A stretch of DNA of 64,000 bases, from assembly GCA_965230955.1 (NCBI GenBank), contig OZ246404.1, positions 417,184 through 481,183 on the forward strand. Reading direction: 5' to 3'. How positions within the stretch are numbered: position 1 is the first letter of the stretch; every line of letters starts with the position of its first letter. Shown here piece after piece: positions 19,328 through 29,265 of this stretch. Made by a program: the position numbers and the translations under genes. A model generated the notes under the pieces. The model was not told where the DNA came from, did no database searches, and worked only from the letters and a program-made list of their open reading frames with translations. Source of the DNA: an uncultured Candidatus Saccharibacteria bacterium (GTDB lineage Bacteria > Patescibacteriota > CALEFQ01).

Positions 19328-20494
19328 ATGTTCCCAAAAATTTTCAAAACAATTGTTTGTCTCAGTGTTATGGTGGTTTTGCTGGTACCGGTCATGACGC
19401 TGGCCGCGACATTCAAAAGCGAGGAAAATCTCGTCGTGAATGAAGAAACTGAGGACCTCTATGCGGCTGGAGCCAATGTCAGTATTCTCAAATCAGTGAC
19501 CGGCGATCTGACGGTGGCCGGCAGTACCGTGACCGTTAATCCCGGCGTGATGATTTCCGGCGATCTCAATATCGCCGGCGGCCAACTCTGGCTCGATGGT
19601 CAAGTTGCCGATGATGCTCGCGTAGCCGGTGGAATGGTGACTCTAAATAGCCAGATTGGCGACGATCTTTTCATCATGGGCGGGACGGTGTTTGTGACGG
19701 GACCGGTCAAGGGTGATATCTATGCGGCCGGCGGAACTGTTTCACTGGGGGGCGTGGTTGAAGGCAAGGTCGTGGCCAGCGGCGGTGAAGTAATTCTGGA
19801 AGAGGGTGCGGATATCAAAGGCGACTTTGAATATAGCTCCGAGACGGCCGGGCAGATTGCGGGCGGAGCCAAAGTAGGCGGCAATACAATTTTCCACCAG
19901 ATAGAGGCTCGGCAGAGCAATTGGCAGCAACACGGAATCGGTTCATTTATCGGTTTCGCGGGATTGGCGGGATTAGCGGCTCCGATGGTTTTTGTTCTGG
20001 GATTTGTGGCTTTGTTCTTATTGACACTACTGGTGGTTTTCTGTGCTCCGCTCAAAACACAGGATACCGCCCAGAATTTCGTCAAGCATCCTTGGAAAAG
20101 TTTGGGCTTTGGCCTGGCCTATTTGATTGCCACGCCGATTGTCGGATTTATTTTCTTGATTATACCGTTCACTTTTCTGATCGGGGCGGTAATTTTGATC
20201 GGGTATCTTCTTTCGCTGTTTCTCTTGCCCGCCGTTTTGGCTTTTTTCATCGGCTCTGGTATTTTACGTCTGATGCACAAACAAACTGATTTCACACGGC
20301 GTTCGCACCTGGTCTGGGCCGCTTTGATTGGTTCGTTGATTTACAGCTTGATGATGTTTATTCCGATTCTGGGAGGCCTGCTGATTGCCTTGGGTATCGT
20401 GTTTTCCGCCGGCGCGCTGATTATGGTTTTACGCCCGCTCGGTTTCAAAAAACGAGCCTGGAATAAGAATTTACCTACTCCGCCTAATTCATAA
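19328..20494 (+). CDS. Membrane-anchored protein with an exported beta-helical repeat domain (bactofilin/adhesin-like GD-repeats) and a C-terminal polytopic TM domain
   Basis: Signal peptide, then at least eight repeats of the pattern V-x-G-D-x-x-V-A-G-G-x-V (TGDLTVAGSTVTV, SGDLNIAGGQLWL, KGDIYAAGGTVSL, ...), then about five TM helices. Confidence 0.5.
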   Translation: MFPKIFKTIVCLSVMVVLLVPVMTLAATFKSEENLVVNEETEDLYAAGANVSILKSVTGDLTVAGSTVTVNPGVMISGDLNIAGGQLWLDGQVADDARVAGGMVTLNSQIGDDLFIMGGTVFVTGPVKGDIYAAGGTVSLGGVVEGKVVASGGEVILEEGADIKGDFEYSSETAGQIAGGAKVGGNTIFHQIEARQSNWQQHGIGSFIGFAGLAGLAAPMVFVLGFVALFLLTLLVVFCAPLKTQDTAQNFVKHPWKSLGFGLAYLIATPIVGFIFLIIPFTFLIGAVILIGYLLSLFLLPAVLAFFIGSGILRLMHKQTDFTRRSHLVWAALIGSLIYSLMMFIPILGGLLIALGIVFSAGALIMVLRPLGFKKRAWNKNLPTPPNS

Positions 20495-20500
20495 GCCGTC

Positions 20501-21799
20501 ATGATCGACATAAAATTGTTGCGAGCCGACCCCGAGAGCTATCGGGCGGCGGCCAAAATAAAGGGCATCAAATTGGATTTGGATCGTCTGCTGGAACTTG
20601 ATCGCCAACGTTTGGATTTGCTTCAGAAAATAGAGCGCGCGCGCCAGGAAAAAAACGACCAAGATGATTTGATCAAACAGGCGCCTCCGGCGGAGCGAGC
20701 CGAGCTTATTGCGGGCGGGAAAAAGATAAAAGAAAAACTGGCCGGCATCGAGCCGGAGCTGAAAAAAATCGAACCGGAGTATCGTGATTTGTTGAGCCGA
20801 GTGCCTTTACCGGCCGATCCCGATACGCCTGTCGGAACGGATGATCGGGGCAACAAGGAAATCTCGCGCCACGGAAAAATTCCGGAATTTTCGTTTGCCC
20901 CCGCCAATCACGTGGAACTTGGTCGGCGGCTGAATATTTTGGACTTGGAAGCCGGGGTCGGCATTTCCGGTTATCGCGGTTATGTCCTGAAAAACGAAGG
21001 GGTCTTGCTTCATTTGGCGGTGCTATGGCACGCGCTTCTGAAATTGCGCCAAAAAGGCTTTATGCTGATTATTCCTCCGACACTGGTGAAAGAATTTGCT
21101 TTATTTGGCAGCGGTCACTTTCCTTTTGATCGGGAAAATGTCTATCGGGTCTCGGAACAAGGCGATCGGGAGTCGACCAAGGGCGAGCCGCTCTATTTGG
21201 TCGGGACCTCAGAGCCGGCCTTATTGGCTCTCTATGCCAAAAAGACATTGACGGAAAAAGAGTTGCCGCTAAAATTGTGCGGGTTTTCACCTTGTTACCG
21301 GTCGGAGATCGGGAGCTACGGCAAGGATACTTCCGGGGTTTATCGAATTCATGAGTTTTGGAAAGTAGAACAGGTGGTGATCGGCCGAAATAATTTGAAT
21401 GAATCGCTGCGTTGGCTGGAAGAATTACGTTCGATCAGCGAAAGCATTTTACAAGATTTCGGTTTGCCTTATCGGGTGGTGCAGAATTGTTCCGGCGACA
21501 TGGGGGCGGGAAAATATAAAATGTATGATATCGAAACTTGGATGCCCGGCCGTAAAAATTACGGCGAAACCCATTCCGATTCGCTGTTGTGCGATTGGCA
21601 GGCTCGCCGTCTGAATATTAAGTACAAAGATTCCTCGGGTAAAATAAATTTTGCTCATACCCTGAACAATACCGGCATTGCCTCGCCTCGAATTTTGATT
21701 CCGCTATTGGAAAATCATCAGCAGGCTGACGGCAGCGTCAAGATTCCCAGGGTTTTACAGCCCTACCTCGGAGCTGAAATTATCAAGCCGAAAAAGTAA
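20501..21799 (+). CDS. serS: Serine--tRNA ligase
   Basis: N-terminal coiled-coil arm and class II motifs (RSEIGSYGKDTSGVYRIHEF; GSGHFPFD). Confidence 0.85.
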   Translation: MIDIKLLRADPESYRAAAKIKGIKLDLDRLLELDRQRLDLLQKIERARQEKNDQDDLIKQAPPAERAELIAGGKKIKEKLAGIEPELKKIEPEYRDLLSRVPLPADPDTPVGTDDRGNKEISRHGKIPEFSFAPANHVELGRRLNILDLEAGVGISGYRGYVLKNEGVLLHLAVLWHALLKLRQKGFMLIIPPTLVKEFALFGSGHFPFDRENVYRVSEQGDRESTKGEPLYLVGTSEPALLALYAKKTLTEKELPLKLCGFSPCYRSEIGSYGKDTSGVYRIHEFWKVEQVVIGRNNLNESLRWLEELRSISESILQDFGLPYRVVQNCSGDMGAGKYKMYDIETWMPGRKNYGETHSDSLLCDWQARRLNIKYKDSSGKINFAHTLNNTGIASPRILIPLLENHQQADGSVKIPRVLQPYLGAEIIKPKK

Positions 21800-21801
21800 G
21801 T

Positions 21802-22479
21802 ATGATTATTGCTATCGATGGCCCGGCCGGCTCCGGCAAGGGGACCGTGGCTAAATTGTTATCAAAGAAACTAGGATTTACCCATCTGGACAGCGGAAGT
21901 TTCTATCGGGTGGCGGCTTTTTATGTTTTTGATAATCAACTTGATCAGAATAAGAGCGTCCCAATTATTGCGCTTCTTCCTCGTTTGCAAGTGGAATTTC
22001 GTGAGACGCCGCGAGGGCAGAAGGTGATTTCGCGCGGCCGCGATCTGACCGACGAAATTCGCTACGACTTGGTATCGAAAATTGTCCCGGTTGTCAGCCG
22101 AATTCCGGAAGTTCGGCAGTGGGTCAATCGTTCGGTGCGCGCTTTGGCGGCTCGGCACGATGTGGTGGTTGAGGGGCGTGATATGACGACCGAAGTTTTT
22201 CCGGAGGCTGAATTGAAATTTTATCTCGATGCGGCTCTGGACGAACGCGCGCGCCGGCGTTATTTAGAGTTGAAAAATAAGGACGATAATGTTACACTGG
22301 CTGGAATCAAGGCGGGGATAGAACAGCGCGATCACCTTGATCGTTCCAAGCCGCGGGGAGCCTTACGAATCGCTCCGGACGCGGTTTATATCGATTCCAC
22401 GAATCTAAGTCCCGGCGCGGTAGTCGATTTTATCATTGATAAAGTTAATAGTCTTAGATCTGGTGCTAAGACAGCCTAA
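21802..22479 (+). CDS. cmk: Cytidylate kinase
   Basis: P-loop IAIDGPAGSGKGT and a length of about 225 aa. Confidence 0.85.
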   Translation: MIIAIDGPAGSGKGTVAKLLSKKLGFTHLDSGSFYRVAAFYVFDNQLDQNKSVPIIALLPRLQVEFRETPRGQKVISRGRDLTDEIRYDLVSKIVPVVSRIPEVRQWVNRSVRALAARHDVVVEGRDMTTEVFPEAELKFYLDAALDERARRRYLELKNKDDNVTLAGIKAGIEQRDHLDRSKPRGALRIAPDAVYIDSTNLSPGAVVDFIIDKVNSLRSGAKTA

Positions 22480-22485
22480 AAAATC

Positions 22486-23715
22486 ATGGCTCAGAATCCT
22501 TATCTCAACGCGAGTAATCAGTTGAACAAAGCTCTAGTCCTTTTGCGACAAGAGTCATTTTTTGATCGTCTAAAGTCTCATGACAAGATTATTGAAGTGT
22601 CGTTGCCTCTAAAAATGGATAATGGTACAACCAAGGTTTTTCGAGGTTGGCGCGCCCAACATAATCGCGCGCGCGGGCCCTATAAGGGCGGCATCCGTTT
22701 TCATCCTGATGTATCGCTAAATGAAGTCAAAGCGCTTTCCATGTGGATGACCTGGAAATGTGCCGTGGCTGACATTCCTTTTGGCGGCGGTAAGGGCGGC
22801 GTGATCGTTGATCCCAAGAAACTTTCGGTGGGTGAATTGGAGCGCCTGACTCGGCTTTATGTTGATCGTATTTATTCCGATATCGGACCAGAGGTTGATA
22901 TCCCTGCCCCGGATGTTAATACCGATCCGCGGGTCATGGCCTGGTTTTATGATGAATTCAGTAAATTGGCCGGACATCAGGAACCGTCCTGCGTGACCGG
23001 AAAGCCGATGGCTGCCGGCGGATCAGCGGGACGCGGCACGGCGACAGCCAAGGGGGGGACGATAGTCTTGGCCGAAGTCATTCGACAATTGGAATTGGAA
23101 TTGCCCTGGCGGACGGTCGCAATTCAAGGTTTTGGCAATGCCGGTGCTAATGCGGCGCGTTTATTGGCCCAACAAGGATATTTGATTCTGGCTGTTTCCG
23201 ATTCGCGGGGCGGTGTTTATGCCCGAAAGGGTTTGGATATTGCAAAACTGGTGGCTCATAAAAAACAAACCGGTTCGGTGGTTGGATTCCCGGGAGCGAC
23301 CAAGTCGATTACCAATAAACAGATTCTGGAATTGCCGGTTGATGTTTTGGTTCCGGCGGCTTTGGAAAATCAGATTACGGCGCAGAATGCCGGACGGATC
23401 AAGGCTAAAATTATTTTGGAACTGGCCAATGGTCCGGTCGCGCCGGAAGCTGATGAAAAATTGTTCAAGCGCGGTAAGATTGTTATCCCGGACGTTTTGG
23501 CTAATTCCGGCGGCGTGACCGTCAGTTATTTCGAATGGGTTCAGAATCGTCAGCGGGTGGCTTGGAGCGAGGCTGAAGTATTCAAGCAGTTAACGTCAAA
23601 GCTCGAGACGGCCACGGCGGCGATTATAAAAACCCAGCGGCAGTATTCGTCTGATTTGCGCTTGGCTTCATATCTGCTGGCGATTCAGCGAGTGCTGGCT
23701 GCCGGTTCGATTTAG
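22486..23715 (+). CDS. gdhA: Glu/Leu/Phe/Val-family amino-acid dehydrogenase (glutamate dehydrogenase-like)
   Basis: Catalytic Lys-Gly motif FGGGKGG and a Rossmann GFGNAG motif. Confidence 0.8.
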   Translation: MAQNPYLNASNQLNKALVLLRQESFFDRLKSHDKIIEVSLPLKMDNGTTKVFRGWRAQHNRARGPYKGGIRFHPDVSLNEVKALSMWMTWKCAVADIPFGGGKGGVIVDPKKLSVGELERLTRLYVDRIYSDIGPEVDIPAPDVNTDPRVMAWFYDEFSKLAGHQEPSCVTGKPMAAGGSAGRGTATAKGGTIVLAEVIRQLELELPWRTVAIQGFGNAGANAARLLAQQGYLILAVSDSRGGVYARKGLDIAKLVAHKKQTGSVVGFPGATKSITNKQILELPVDVLVPAALENQITAQNAGRIKAKIILELANGPVAPEADEKLFKRGKIVIPDVLANSGGVTVSYFEWVQNRQRVAWSEAEVFKQLTSKLETATAAIIKTQRQYSSDLRLASYLLAIQRVLAAGSI

Positions 23716-23743
23716 CGCTCGTTTATTTGCCTGAGTTAATGAT

Positions 23744-24610
23744 ATGGTTCGTTTGCGGAAACAAAATCTTTCCGATCAAAGCGTAATCCAAAAAGAAGTT
23801 CGCCGCCAGCGGGCTAATATTGTTCAGCGCACCCCTCCCGGAGTGCGCCCGGCCCGAATAACCAAAGCGCGTCGATATCTCTTTCTGATTTTAGCTGTTG
23901 CGCTGGCGCTGATAGTGATGGGTATATTTATGTTTTCCGGGAAATTCCAAGTTCAGCGGATAATCGTTGTCGGCAATGACAGCGTGTCGGATGAACGAGT
24001 GGAAGAACAGATCAATCTGGAAAAAGAGGGGACGGTCTGGGGAATTTTTCCGAGCAGTAATATCTTTTTCTTTAACACTCGCCGTGCGACCGCGCGCCTG
24101 ATGGAAGAAATTGTTCAGATTCGGCAGGTTGAAGTTAAGCGGCAAATGCCGGACGTGCTCAAGGTTTACTTGGAGGAGCGGGAGCCGGCCCTTGTTTGGC
24201 AAACCGGGGAAGACGAGTATTATCTTGATCTGGAAGGTGTCATCAGTAAGGAAATACACGGCGATCCGGAATTTAATTTGCCGAAAATGCGCGATGAGTC
24301 CAAGCGCGAGGTGCAAACGAAGGAAAAACTCGTTTCCAAAAACTTTGTGGAATTTTCGGTCGATTTGGCGAAGACTTTCCAATCCGAAACCGGTTTGGAA
24401 TACGAAGAGCTTAGCACACCGGCGCCTATATCGCGTGAAATCAGGGTACGCACGAAACTGGGATGGTATATTTATTTCACTTCCGAACGAACTCTGGAGA
24501 GCCAGTATCAAAAACTATTGCTGATCTTGAACAAAGAGCTGAAAAAGGGGCAAAAGGAAAATTTGGAGTATATTGACTTAAGGATCAAAGACAAGATATT
24601 CTATAAGTAG
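23744..24610 (+). CDS. ftsQ: Cell division protein FtsQ/DivIB-like (POTRA domain)
   Basis: Basic cytoplasmic N-terminus, a single TM segment, and a POTRA-like region (FQVQRIIVVGNDSVSDERV). Confidence 0.6.
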   Translation: MVRLRKQNLSDQSVIQKEVRRQRANIVQRTPPGVRPARITKARRYLFLILAVALALIVMGIFMFSGKFQVQRIIVVGNDSVSDERVEEQINLEKEGTVWGIFPSSNIFFFNTRRATARLMEEIVQIRQVEVKRQMPDVLKVYLEEREPALVWQTGEDEYYLDLEGVISKEIHGDPEFNLPKMRDESKREVQTKEKLVSKNFVEFSVDLAKTFQSETGLEYEELSTPAPISREIRVRTKLGWYIYFTSERTLESQYQKLLLILNKELKKGQKENLEYIDLRIKDKIFYK

Positions 24611-24681
24611 TCATTAGTCTTTGGTCTTTAGCCATGGAATACCGCTGGCGAAAGACTAACGACTAAAGACTAAAGGCTAAT
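24611..24681. repeat. Intergenic palindrome built from AGTCTTT/GTCTTTG-type 7-mers
   Basis: AGTCATTAGTCTTTGGTCTTTAGCC...GAAAGACTAACGACTAAAGACTAAAGGCT. Confidence 0.65.
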
Positions 24682-25125
24682 ATGTTCTGGGCTTTTATCG
24701 GAATCATTGTTGGAATCGCCGTGGGAGTTTTGTCCCATTTCTCGATTCCTCCGGAATATGCGCGCTATACGGCGGTGGCTGTTTTGGCTATGCTGGACTC
24801 CATTTTCGGCGCCTGGCGCGCGGAATTGGTGACGCGTTACCAGTACAAGACAGATTACTCATACAAGGGACCTGGTTTTAAGGAAAAACGGGATCAATAT
24901 AATCCGTTGATTTTTATTTCCGGACTGGTTTTTAACACCGCGCTGGCTGCCGCTTTCACCTATCTGGGTGATCGTCTGGGTTTGGATATCTATATCGCAG
25001 TCGTTGTCGTGTTTACCTGGCGCATATTTATGAATCTGGGAGTGGTTCGACGGGTATATTTCCAACGCTGGACGAAGAAGAAGGAAGAATCTTTAGTCTC
25101 AAAAGACATGAACCAAAAAACTTGA
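24682..25125 (+). CDS. sbp: Small basic protein Sbp (DUF1290) membrane protein
   Basis: Its N-terminus (IGIIVGIAVGVLSHFSIPPEYARYTAVAVLAMLDSIFGA) resembles the DUF1290 family found after divIB in Firmicutes division clusters. Confidence 0.5.
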   Translation: MFWAFIGIIVGIAVGVLSHFSIPPEYARYTAVAVLAMLDSIFGAWRAELVTRYQYKTDYSYKGPGFKEKRDQYNPLIFISGLVFNTALAAAFTYLGDRLGLDIYIAVVVVFTWRIFMNLGVVRRVYFQRWTKKKEESLVSKDMNQKT

Positions 25126-25154
25126 AATTTTAACTGGTTTATATTACAATAGCC

Positions 25155-25544
25155 TTGCTCAAAACGAGTAAGGCTATTTGTAAAAAGCTAATAATCCTTA
25201 CCATGACCTTCAATTTTAAGCGCTATTTTGTCTTATTTTGCCTGGGATTAAGCGTGTTGCTCAATATTTTTCTGTGGGTTTACTTGGCTATCAAAGTTCC
25301 GGTCTTGGGGGAAGAAGTGGTTTTGCACTATGACGCCATCCAGGGCGTTGATTTGATCGGTCCGGGGAACCATTTCTATGTTCTCCCTTTGATCGGCTTG
25401 GTCATTATTGGGATAAATTTCCTGCTGGCGGCATTTAGTATCAAGACTAATCGTTTGGTTGCCCAGGTACTAAGCGGATTGGCTGTGGTCGGGCAGGTTA
25501 TTTTAGTCGTTGCGGCGATGCTGATGGTGAATATAAATATTTGA
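25155..25544 (+). CDS. Hypothetical integral membrane protein
   Basis: Three to four predicted TM helices and no recognised motifs. Confidence 0.4.
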   Translation: MLKTSKAICKKLIILTMTFNFKRYFVLFCLGLSVLLNIFLWVYLAIKVPVLGEEVVLHYDAIQGVDLIGPGNHFYVLPLIGLVIIGINFLLAAFSIKTNRLVAQVLSGLAVVGQVILVVAAMLMVNINI

Positions 25545-25545
25545 T

Positions 25546-27102
25546 ATGTTTAATTGGAATCCGGCTCATCGTCCGGTCTATTATCGAATTTTAGAAATTA
25601 TTCCGGCGGTGTTAAGTTGGGGCACACTGATTTTGTGCGTGGTCCTTTCTTTTGTTGTGCCTTTGTGGATAGCTATTTTTGTGGTTTGTTTTGATCTTTA
25701 CTGGCTGATGCGAGTTACGTATTTATCGTACCATTTGATTGAAGGCTACCGGCAGATGCGTCAGAATATCAAGACCAATTGGCTGGAGCGCATCAAACTG
25801 ATTAAAGGGCGAAATTGGGCTGAATACTATCATCTGATCATTTTCCCGGTGGCTCGGGAAGTGGCGGTAATGGAATCCACTTTCGAAGCTTTGGTGCGAG
25901 CCAATTATCCTCTGGATAAATTTATCGTGGTATTGGCGTGTGAGGATAAATACTGGTCGGAGACCGGCCCTGTTGCCGACATTATTGCGAAAAAATATAG
26001 CGTTCGTTTCAAGCATTTTGAGATTACTCGACATCCGCCCGGACTGCCCGGCGAATTAACGGGCAAGGGGTCAAATGAAGTCTGGGGCGCGAAAAAAATC
26101 CATAGGTATATCGATGAGCAAAAAATACCTTATGAAAAAATAATCGTCTCGGTTTTTGATATCGATACTCAAATACATCCGGAATACTTCGGCCGTCTGG
26201 CTTATGTCTACCTGACCCACCCCAGACCGGAGCGAGCGAGTTATCAGCCGATCCCTGTTTTTAACAATAATATCTGGGACGCCCCGGCGTTGGTGCGAGT
26301 GGTCGCTTCCTCTACGACTTTTTGGGAATTGATGGAACAGGGGCGGCCGGAAAGACTGGTTACTTTCTCGAGCCATAGTATGAGCTTTAAGGCGCTGGTT
26401 GATGTGGGCTTTTGGGCTACAGACCATGTTTCGGAAGATTCTCGGATTTTCTGGCAGTGCTTGCTTCATTATAACGGCGCTTATGAAACGGTTCCTCTTT
26501 ATTTCCCGGTATCCATGGATGCCTGTCTGGCCGATACTTACTGGCAGAGTATGGTTAATCAGTATAAGCAACAACGACGCTGGGCATGGGGGACGGAAAA
26601 TTTGCCTTACACGATTTATAATTTCCATCTTAAGCGGAAACAGATTCCAGGAAAAACTCGTTTGTTTTTCAGCTGGATTTTATTTGATGGCGCCGTTTCT
26701 TGGGCGACCAGCGCTATTATTATCGCCGTGATTGGTTGGTTGCCGCTCCTGGTTGGCGGAGAAAACTATGCTAATACCGTTTTCGCCCAATCACTGCCTC
26801 AGGTCGCCCAAGTCCTGATGACTATTGCCATGGTAGGTATGTTTACTTCGATGTTTGTTACCTTGCTGATGTTGCCTCCGCGGCCGAAAAAATATACTTT
26901 CTGGCGGCACTTTGTCATGGTATTGCAGTGGGCGCTACTTCCGATCGCCACTGTTTTCTTCGGTTCTTTTGTGGCCTTAGATGCCCAGACTCGCTTGATG
27001 TTGGGCAAATATATGGGATTTTTTCTCACGCCTAAAGCCCGTCGAGACAAGAACGGCAAAGCTTCGACTGCCGCCGAAGCGGTTAGCTCGATAAATAAAT
27101 AA
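25546..27102 (+). CDS. Processive family-2 glycosyltransferase (cellulose/chitin/hyaluronan-synthase-like) with N- and C-terminal TM domains
   Basis: D,D,D and Q-x-x-R-W motifs (FDIDTQ; QYKQQRRWAWG) flanked by multiple TM helices. Confidence 0.7.
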   Translation: MFNWNPAHRPVYYRILEIIPAVLSWGTLILCVVLSFVVPLWIAIFVVCFDLYWLMRVTYLSYHLIEGYRQMRQNIKTNWLERIKLIKGRNWAEYYHLIIFPVAREVAVMESTFEALVRANYPLDKFIVVLACEDKYWSETGPVADIIAKKYSVRFKHFEITRHPPGLPGELTGKGSNEVWGAKKIHRYIDEQKIPYEKIIVSVFDIDTQIHPEYFGRLAYVYLTHPRPERASYQPIPVFNNNIWDAPALVRVVASSTTFWELMEQGRPERLVTFSSHSMSFKALVDVGFWATDHVSEDSRIFWQCLLHYNGAYETVPLYFPVSMDACLADTYWQSMVNQYKQQRRWAWGTENLPYTIYNFHLKRKQIPGKTRLFFSWILFDGAVSWATSAIIIAVIGWLPLLVGGENYANTVFAQSLPQVAQVLMTIAMVGMFTSMFVTLLMLPPRPKKYTFWRHFVMVLQWALLPIATVFFGSFVALDAQTRLMLGKYMGFFLTPKARRDKNGKASTAAEAVSSINK

Positions 27103-27103
27103 T

Positions 27104-28237
27104 ATGGCTCGATGGTTTGTACTATATTTGTTGCCTTTTATGGTCGCGCTGGCGATCAGTTTTTTCATGGTGCCGCTGGTCAGGCGCTGGGCGATTAAAA
27201 TTGGGGTTGTTCGGGGGCATCGGCCGAATCACCCCCAAGATATCCATACGCAACGCCAGCCGGTGGCTCTTTTGGGCGGGACGGCCATTTTCATTTCTTT
27301 TTTCGCCTTGTTGGCTTATTACTCTTTGTTTACCGATCTGCTCTTAAGCGGTTTTTTATTGCCCAAATATCTCTGGGGTATATTGGCCGGCGGGGTCATT
27401 CTTTTTATCGGTGGATTCATCGATGATAAATATGAGCTTCCGGCCAAATGGCAGTGGGTGGCTCCAGTCGCAGCTATTATTATAATTATTGCCAGCGGTG
27501 TCGGCCTCGATTTTATCAGTAATCCCCTGGGGGATGAGATCAGACTGGATCACTGGTCCACGACGCTTTTTCAAATAGGGGGTTTGCCTTATCGGATAGT
27601 CTGGGGCGCCGACCTTTTCGCGCTGGTTTGGATGTTGGGAATGATTTATGCCGTAAAGTTCATCGATGGAGTAGACGGGCTTTCGGCCACGATAAATTTT
27701 GTCGGATTTTTAATAATTTTTTTCTTAAGCTTGATGACCGACGTCAATCAGCCAGAAACCGCTTTTTTATCCATTGTTATGGCGGGAGCGATTCTGGGGG
27801 TATGGATTTATCAGTTCCCGCGCGGACTGATCCAGATCGGCGAGGGGGGAGTTTGGTTCATGGGATTCATGCTGGGGTTGCTGGCGATTCTTAGTGGCGG
27901 AAAAATCGCTACGGCCTTGTTGGTGATGGGTATACCGATCATCGATACGGCGCGAGTAATTATCGGACGGGTAATTCGAAAACGTTCGCCTTTTCAGGGA
28001 GACAATACTCACATCCATCATTTGTTGTTGCGGCTGGGTTTGAAACCCTGGCAGGTCGTCTTGGCGATTGGTTTGCCCTCTTTGCTTTTCGGTGTTTTAG
28101 GCTTGATTTTGCAGGGAGAGCAGAAAATGTTTGCCCTGGTTTTCGTCTTTATCGGGATGACTGCATTCGTCGTGACCCTCGGGGCGATTCTGTCTCGTCG
28201 AGATCGGCGCCGTCTTGACGAAGCGCCAAAGACCTGA
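27104..28237 (+). CDS. Polyprenyl-phosphate N-acetylhexosamine-1-phosphate transferase (MraY/WecA family)
   Basis: About 10 TM helices with conserved DD (GFIDDKYEL) and IDGVDGL motifs. Confidence 0.7.
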   Translation: MARWFVLYLLPFMVALAISFFMVPLVRRWAIKIGVVRGHRPNHPQDIHTQRQPVALLGGTAIFISFFALLAYYSLFTDLLLSGFLLPKYLWGILAGGVILFIGGFIDDKYELPAKWQWVAPVAAIIIIIASGVGLDFISNPLGDEIRLDHWSTTLFQIGGLPYRIVWGADLFALVWMLGMIYAVKFIDGVDGLSATINFVGFLIIFFLSLMTDVNQPETAFLSIVMAGAILGVWIYQFPRGLIQIGEGGVWFMGFMLGLLAILSGGKIATALLVMGIPIIDTARVIIGRVIRKRSPFQGDNTHIHHLLLRLGLKPWQVVLAIGLPSLLFGVLGLILQGEQKMFALVFVFIGMTAFVVTLGAILSRRDRRRLDEAPKT

Positions 28238-28275
28238 TAGACTAGCGAAGTCATTTGATATCTAATCATAATTCT

Positions 28276-28581
28276 ATGGAATTCTCGATTATTGAAACCG
28301 GCTCCAAGCAATATAAAGTCTCCAAAGGTGATAAGCTTTGGGTGGAATTGCTGCACGAAAAAGATGGCGCCAAGCTCACTTTTAAGCCGTTATTTCACTG
28401 GGACGGCAAAACGGCCCAAATCGGCAAACCGCAATTGTCCGGCCAAGCGGTTGAGGCGAAGGTTGTGGGTGAAGTTCGCGGCGACAAGTTGCGCATTGTG
28501 AAAAAGAAAGCCAAGAAACGTTATCAAAGAGCCATGGGCCATCGGCAGAATTATACTGTCATTGAGATAACTAAAATTTAG
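28276..28581 (+). CDS. rplU: 50S ribosomal protein L21
   Basis: L21 signature MEFSIIETGSKQYKV. Confidence 0.8.
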   Translation: MEFSIIETGSKQYKVSKGDKLWVELLHEKDGAKLTFKPLFHWDGKTAQIGKPQLSGQAVEAKVVGEVRGDKLRIVKKKAKKRYQRAMGHRQNYTVIEITKI

Positions 28582-28595
28582 ATTTCGATTGTGAA

Positions 28596-28632
28596 AAAAC
28601 AGGTGCGGTCTTAAGGCCGCACCTGTTTTTGG
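28596..28632. terminator. Bidirectional intrinsic terminator between rplU and recR
   Basis: AAAAACAGGTGCGGTCTTAAGGCCGCACCTGTTTTT is a perfect hairpin with A/T runs on both sides. Confidence 0.7.
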
Positions 28633-28643
28633 TATCTGCATTT

Positions 28644-29243
28644 TTAGTATTCTTTTCTTCCTTCCAGCGCTCGCGATAGGGTCGCTTCATCGGCGTATTC
28701 CAAATCTCCGCCGATCGGGAGCCCGCGGGCGATACGAGTCAGTTTTGCACCGGTCGGTTTTAGCAATTTGGAAATATATAGCGAAGTCGCTTCGCCTTCG
28801 GTGGTGGGATTAGTCGCCAGAATTACTTCTTCGATTTTTTCGTCTTTTACGCGTTGCACCAGTTGATCGATCGTCAGCTCTTCCGGCCCGATCCCGTCAA
28901 TGGGTGAGATCGTGCCCTGGAGGACATGGTAAAGCCCGCGAAATTCATTGGTTTTTTCGATTGCCACGACATCCAATGGTTCACTGACAACGCAAATTTT
29001 ACGCGCGTCCCGGCTTTTATCGCGACAGATTACGCAGGGTTCGGCTTCGGTAAAATTGTGGCATTGGGTGCAGGTTTTGATCGACTTTTTCAGGTCGGTA
29101 AAAGATTGGCCGAAATTAGCCAAGGTGGCCTGATCTTGTTTCAGTAAATAAAAAGTCAGTCGCTCGGCGCTTTTGGGCCCAATGCCGGGTAGAGAAGAGA
29201 GAGAAGCGATTAAATTTTGGATCGAAACAGGGAGGATGTTCAT
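28644..29243 (-). CDS. recR: Recombination protein RecR
   Basis: HhH (LPGIGPKSAERL), a C4 zinc finger (CTQCHNFTEAEPCVIC) and a Toprim domain. Confidence 0.9.
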   Translation of the reverse strand: MNILPVSIQNLIASLSSLPGIGPKSAERLTFYLLKQDQATLANFGQSFTDLKKSIKTCTQCHNFTEAEPCVICRDKSRDARKICVVSEPLDVVAIEKTNEFRGLYHVLQGTISPIDGIGPEELTIDQLVQRVKDEKIEEVILATNPTTEGEATSLYISKLLKPTGAKLTRIARGLPIGGDLEYADEATLSRALEGRKEY

Positions 29244-29265
29244 GGGCTAGGCATGCTTAAGGTAT

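Noticed and set aside
23744-25125. Expectation of ftsA/ftsZ downstream of ftsQ-sbp as in Firmicutes division clusters
   Set aside because: The downstream genes are a membrane protein and glycosyltransferases; there are no FtsA or FtsZ signatures (no GGGTGTG tubulin motif) anywhere in the window.
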